Below are positions 60,844 through 64,000 of a stretch of 64,000 bases of DNA, piece by piece; positions within the stretch are counted from its first letter, which is position 1; each line of letters begins with the position of its first letter. The position numbers and the translations under genes are program-made. The notes below the pieces were generated by a model. It made no database searches. It was not told where the DNA came from and saw nothing but the letters and a program-made list of their open reading frames with translations. Source of the stretch: Candidatus Helarchaeota archaeon (GTDB taxonomy: Archaea > Asgardarchaeota > Lokiarchaeia > Helarchaeales > RDOG01); assembly GCA_019058315.1 (NCBI GenBank), contig JAHPZH010000002.1, positions 672,001 to 736,000 on the forward strand, given 5' to 3'.

Positions 60844-62032
60844 TTAACTCACCTTTTCTTCCAATGGAGTACTCTATATAAAGAAGTCGTATGCGTGCGC
60901 GAGCTCTACGAAATATTTTTATATTCACAAAACTCGTACATAAAATTACAACCTTTACATTTATTAATCTTATTAACAAATGTTACCACACTTTTAGATT
61001 TTGTGTCCATAAAAATTGGTTAAAAATATGTTTGATGGTATATAGAATATTAATTTTATTTAATTTTTTTTGCTATAATAAAAAAATATTTGTAAATTAA
61101 ATATTTTTTTCTGTTATTTTATATAATTATACTTTAAATTACTGCTTTTGGATTAAATTCCTTATATATATGCAGAAATATTACCAAAATCTTAAATACT
61201 TCTCTTTTTTAGACTTCTTTAACATAAATATGTATATTTCTAAGAATTAAAGACCCCATTTTTAACAATTCTAAATAAACGCGTGCGCTGGCTTCTCATG
61301 GAGTAACATATACAACAAAGATGGAGTGGAGCATTTTAAATTATAAAAATATACATAAAATTATGCTATGAATCACACTTTTGAAATTATTTTATTTATT
61401 AGAAATGGAAATAAAATTAAATAAATCTTAAAAAATATTTTAAAGAAATTTATTTCTTTATTTCAATCAATCTTTTTACTTTATTCACTAATAACCTTTC
61501 TTTTTTTACTAATTAACATAGACATTTAAAAAAAGATTTTTTCAAATAATCTTTTCAACAGGTTTATTTCAATGCATTAGAAATCTATATTATAACAGTG
61601 TCATGAAATTTTATTCAATGCCTCATTGAATAATATTCAATCGCTTAAATTTGTCAGCAACTATATTTTTTTGTGTAATTTTGTGTTAAATTGAATTGAC
61701 CTTTTCTTAAAATATATCCATTATATTACTATTCAAAAAAATTAAAATAAAAACATTTTAATTAAAGATAATAAGAATTTTGGGAATAAACGGAAAGAAA
61801 ATAACTGAAATTCTATTAAATTTTAGATAAAAAAGATTTTACAAAAAAAAAATATAGTTTTCAATACTTTTGATATTATAAATCTTTAGAAAAAGCTAAA
61901 AAATCCATTAAATAGATATTAATTCTTCATTTTCCAATTTTAAATTAAAGGATTTATCTATATATAACTTTTTGTGGATAGATTTATGATATATTTCTTC
62001 ATATATATTGATTAATAAATATTAATTTCATA

Positions 62033-63688
62033 TTGGAACGAATTATTATGAAAAAAAAAGTAATAGTTCTCATTTTAGCAATATTTCTTAGCTTTACGTT
62101 TATTTCTCTATCAAACTCCAATATATCAATAATTTCGAATAGGATTACTGTTAATTCACCCTCTAAAATATCTACAAGCGAAACAGCGAAAACCGCATGG
62201 ACAGCTAATGGTACACCAATCGCTATCCAACCTCAATATCAAGAAAGAGTTGATATTTGTAGCGATGGAGCAGGAGGAGCTATTATTACATGGGAGGATT
62301 ATAGAACTGGAACTAATGTTGATGTCTATGCACAAAGAATAAGGGCAGATGGGAGTGTTGCCTGGACTCCTGGTGGAGTTGCGATTTGTACACATACTTC
62401 AGATCAATTTAATGTTCGAATTTGTAGTGATGGATCAAGAGGGGCAATTATTTCGTGGTATGATTTTAGAGCAGGCAATGGTAATATTTACGCACAAAAA
62501 ATCAATTCTAGTGGAGTAGTACAATGGACACTTGATGGTGCGGGAGTCTGTACGTGGACTGGTAATCAATATTATCAAGAAATGTGTAGTGACGGTGCGG
62601 GAGGTGCAATTATCGCTTGGTATGATGATAGGGTTGGAAGTGATACTTATGCACAAAGAATCAAATCTAATGGAGCTCTAGACTCAGACTGGCCAGCAGG
62701 TGGAATATTGGTTACCTCCTATTCCACATATTATCCTCAAATTTGTAGTGATGGGGTTGGAGGTGCTATTATTGCTTTTTATTCTACAATAGGTAATATT
62801 TATGCACAAAGAGTTAATTCAAGTGGAGATTTACAATGGACATCAGCTGGAATAACAATATGTGATGAAGCAGATTGGCAGCAAAATCCACAGCTTATCA
62901 GTGATGGTGCCGAAGGGGCAATCATTACCTGGGAAGATTTTAGATCTACTACTAATTTTGATATTTATGCTCGTAAAATCAATGCAGCTGGGGGCGTGGA
63001 ATGGTTAGATGATGGTGAGGCAATATGCACTTTAGGCACTAACCAATGGAAACCTCAGATTTGTGCCGATGGAATGGGTGGCGCAATTATAACTTGGTAT
63101 GATAGTGATATCTCTGCTCAAAGAATCAATTCAGCAGGGAATGTACAATGGAAAACTGATGGTGTAGAAATATGTAATCTTGGAGGGGATCAAATAGAAC
63201 CCCAAATTTGTAGCAGTAAAAAAGGTAGCGCAATAATAACTTGGCTAGATAATAGAACCGGTCCAAATTCTGATATTTACGCCCAAAAAATAAGTTCGAG
63301 CGGTGCGGCGCAGTGGACTGCTAATGGAACTTTAATATGTAACGCAGACGGATTTCAAGCACTCCCAAAAATTTGTAGCGATGGAGCGGGTGGTGCAATT
63401 ATTGCTTGGGATGATGAAAGAACGGGAACTACCAACGATGATATCTATGCTCAAAGAATTAAAATCCCAGAGGAGGAAGATTACACTTTACTATTAATTT
63501 CGGCAGTATTATCACAATCTGGAGGGTTATTGGGAGAAATTCTAGGATTTTTCGATAGAGCCTTGAGCATACTATTATCCCCTATGGTAGTGGGTAGTAT
63601 TGTCTTGGTAGAAACACTTCTTATCATCATTTTGTCTTCTGTCGTTAAACGTCAAAGAAAATCATCTGGAAAAAGCAAAAAAGCTTAG
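62033..63688 (+). CDS. Surface beta-propeller protein with 'SDGAGGAIIxWxD' repeats and C-terminal TM anchor (paralog of 17441-19111)
   Basis: Seven repeats; signal peptide from MKKKVIV (ATG 62048); C-terminal TM helix plus basic tail. Confidence 0.85.
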   Translation: MERIIMKKKVIVLILAIFLSFTFISLSNSNISIISNRITVNSPSKISTSETAKTAWTANGTPIAIQPQYQERVDICSDGAGGAIITWEDYRTGTNVDVYAQRIRADGSVAWTPGGVAICTHTSDQFNVRICSDGSRGAIISWYDFRAGNGNIYAQKINSSGVVQWTLDGAGVCTWTGNQYYQEMCSDGAGGAIIAWYDDRVGSDTYAQRIKSNGALDSDWPAGGILVTSYSTYYPQICSDGVGGAIIAFYSTIGNIYAQRVNSSGDLQWTSAGITICDEADWQQNPQLISDGAEGAIITWEDFRSTTNFDIYARKINAAGGVEWLDDGEAICTLGTNQWKPQICADGMGGAIITWYDSDISAQRINSAGNVQWKTDGVEICNLGGDQIEPQICSSKKGSAIITWLDNRTGPNSDIYAQKISSSGAAQWTANGTLICNADGFQALPKICSDGAGGAIIAWDDERTGTTNDDIYAQRIKIPEEEDYTLLLISAVLSQSGGLLGEILGFFDRALSILLSPMVVGSIVLVETLLIIILSSVVKRQRKSSGKSKKA

Positions 63689-64000
63689 AAATAAAAAACT
63701 AATCTATCATTTTTTTTATTTTCTTTTTTAAAGGTTTTACCTTTAAACATAACTTTATAAATAATATTCTAGAAATCAAAGGAATTCGGCATAAAAAACA
63801 TTTCTTTTTTATGTTTACAATTCATTTTGCCTTGAAATTATTGTATTTATTTTCTATTTCTCTTTAACTTTCTAATACAAAAGAATTTGAGTGTGTATGC
63901 TTAAATGAAAAAAAAACCGAATGATTATTTAATTAATGAACTTAAAAATGCGATTAACGACAAATATTTTTCTTATGCACTTAAATTATATTCGGAGCTA

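Noticed and set aside
60891-61100. 69-aa ORF
   Set aside because: Composition reflects AT-rich intergenic DNA; no homology cue.

Overview
This is a very AT-rich (about 25-30% GC by eye) archaeal chromosome segment. Its gene content points to an Asgard archaeon (Loki/Hel-type): many longin and roadblock proteins, V4R proteins, a Rab-like small GTPase, Sds22-type LRR proteins and membrane-anchored beta-propellers. Metabolic genes include a GlcD/GlcF-like oxidoreductase pair, an ADP-forming acyl-CoA synthetase alpha subunit, an AOR-MoaD operon, a radical SAM enzyme, PepD, a GH2 beta-mannosidase and a strikingly GC-rich katG opposite a Fur/PerR regulator. Several local tandem duplications have left gene remnants. 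The most novel-looking element is at 26.37-27.1 kb. A DIP1984/septicolysin-like coiled-coil gene is followed immediately by a ~255-nt predicted structured RNA with a terminal closing stem, a perfect tRNA T-arm and a ~7-nt periodic AU-rich segment, suggesting an undescribed protein-ncRNA module. Also notable are a PAS sensor fused to an FLCN/SMCR8-like uDENN domain, an NPRL2-like gene beside the small GTPase, and a V4R plus appendage/longin gene pair. No rRNA, canonical tRNA, CRISPR array or transposase was seen. All family calls come from motif recognition by eye, not database searches.
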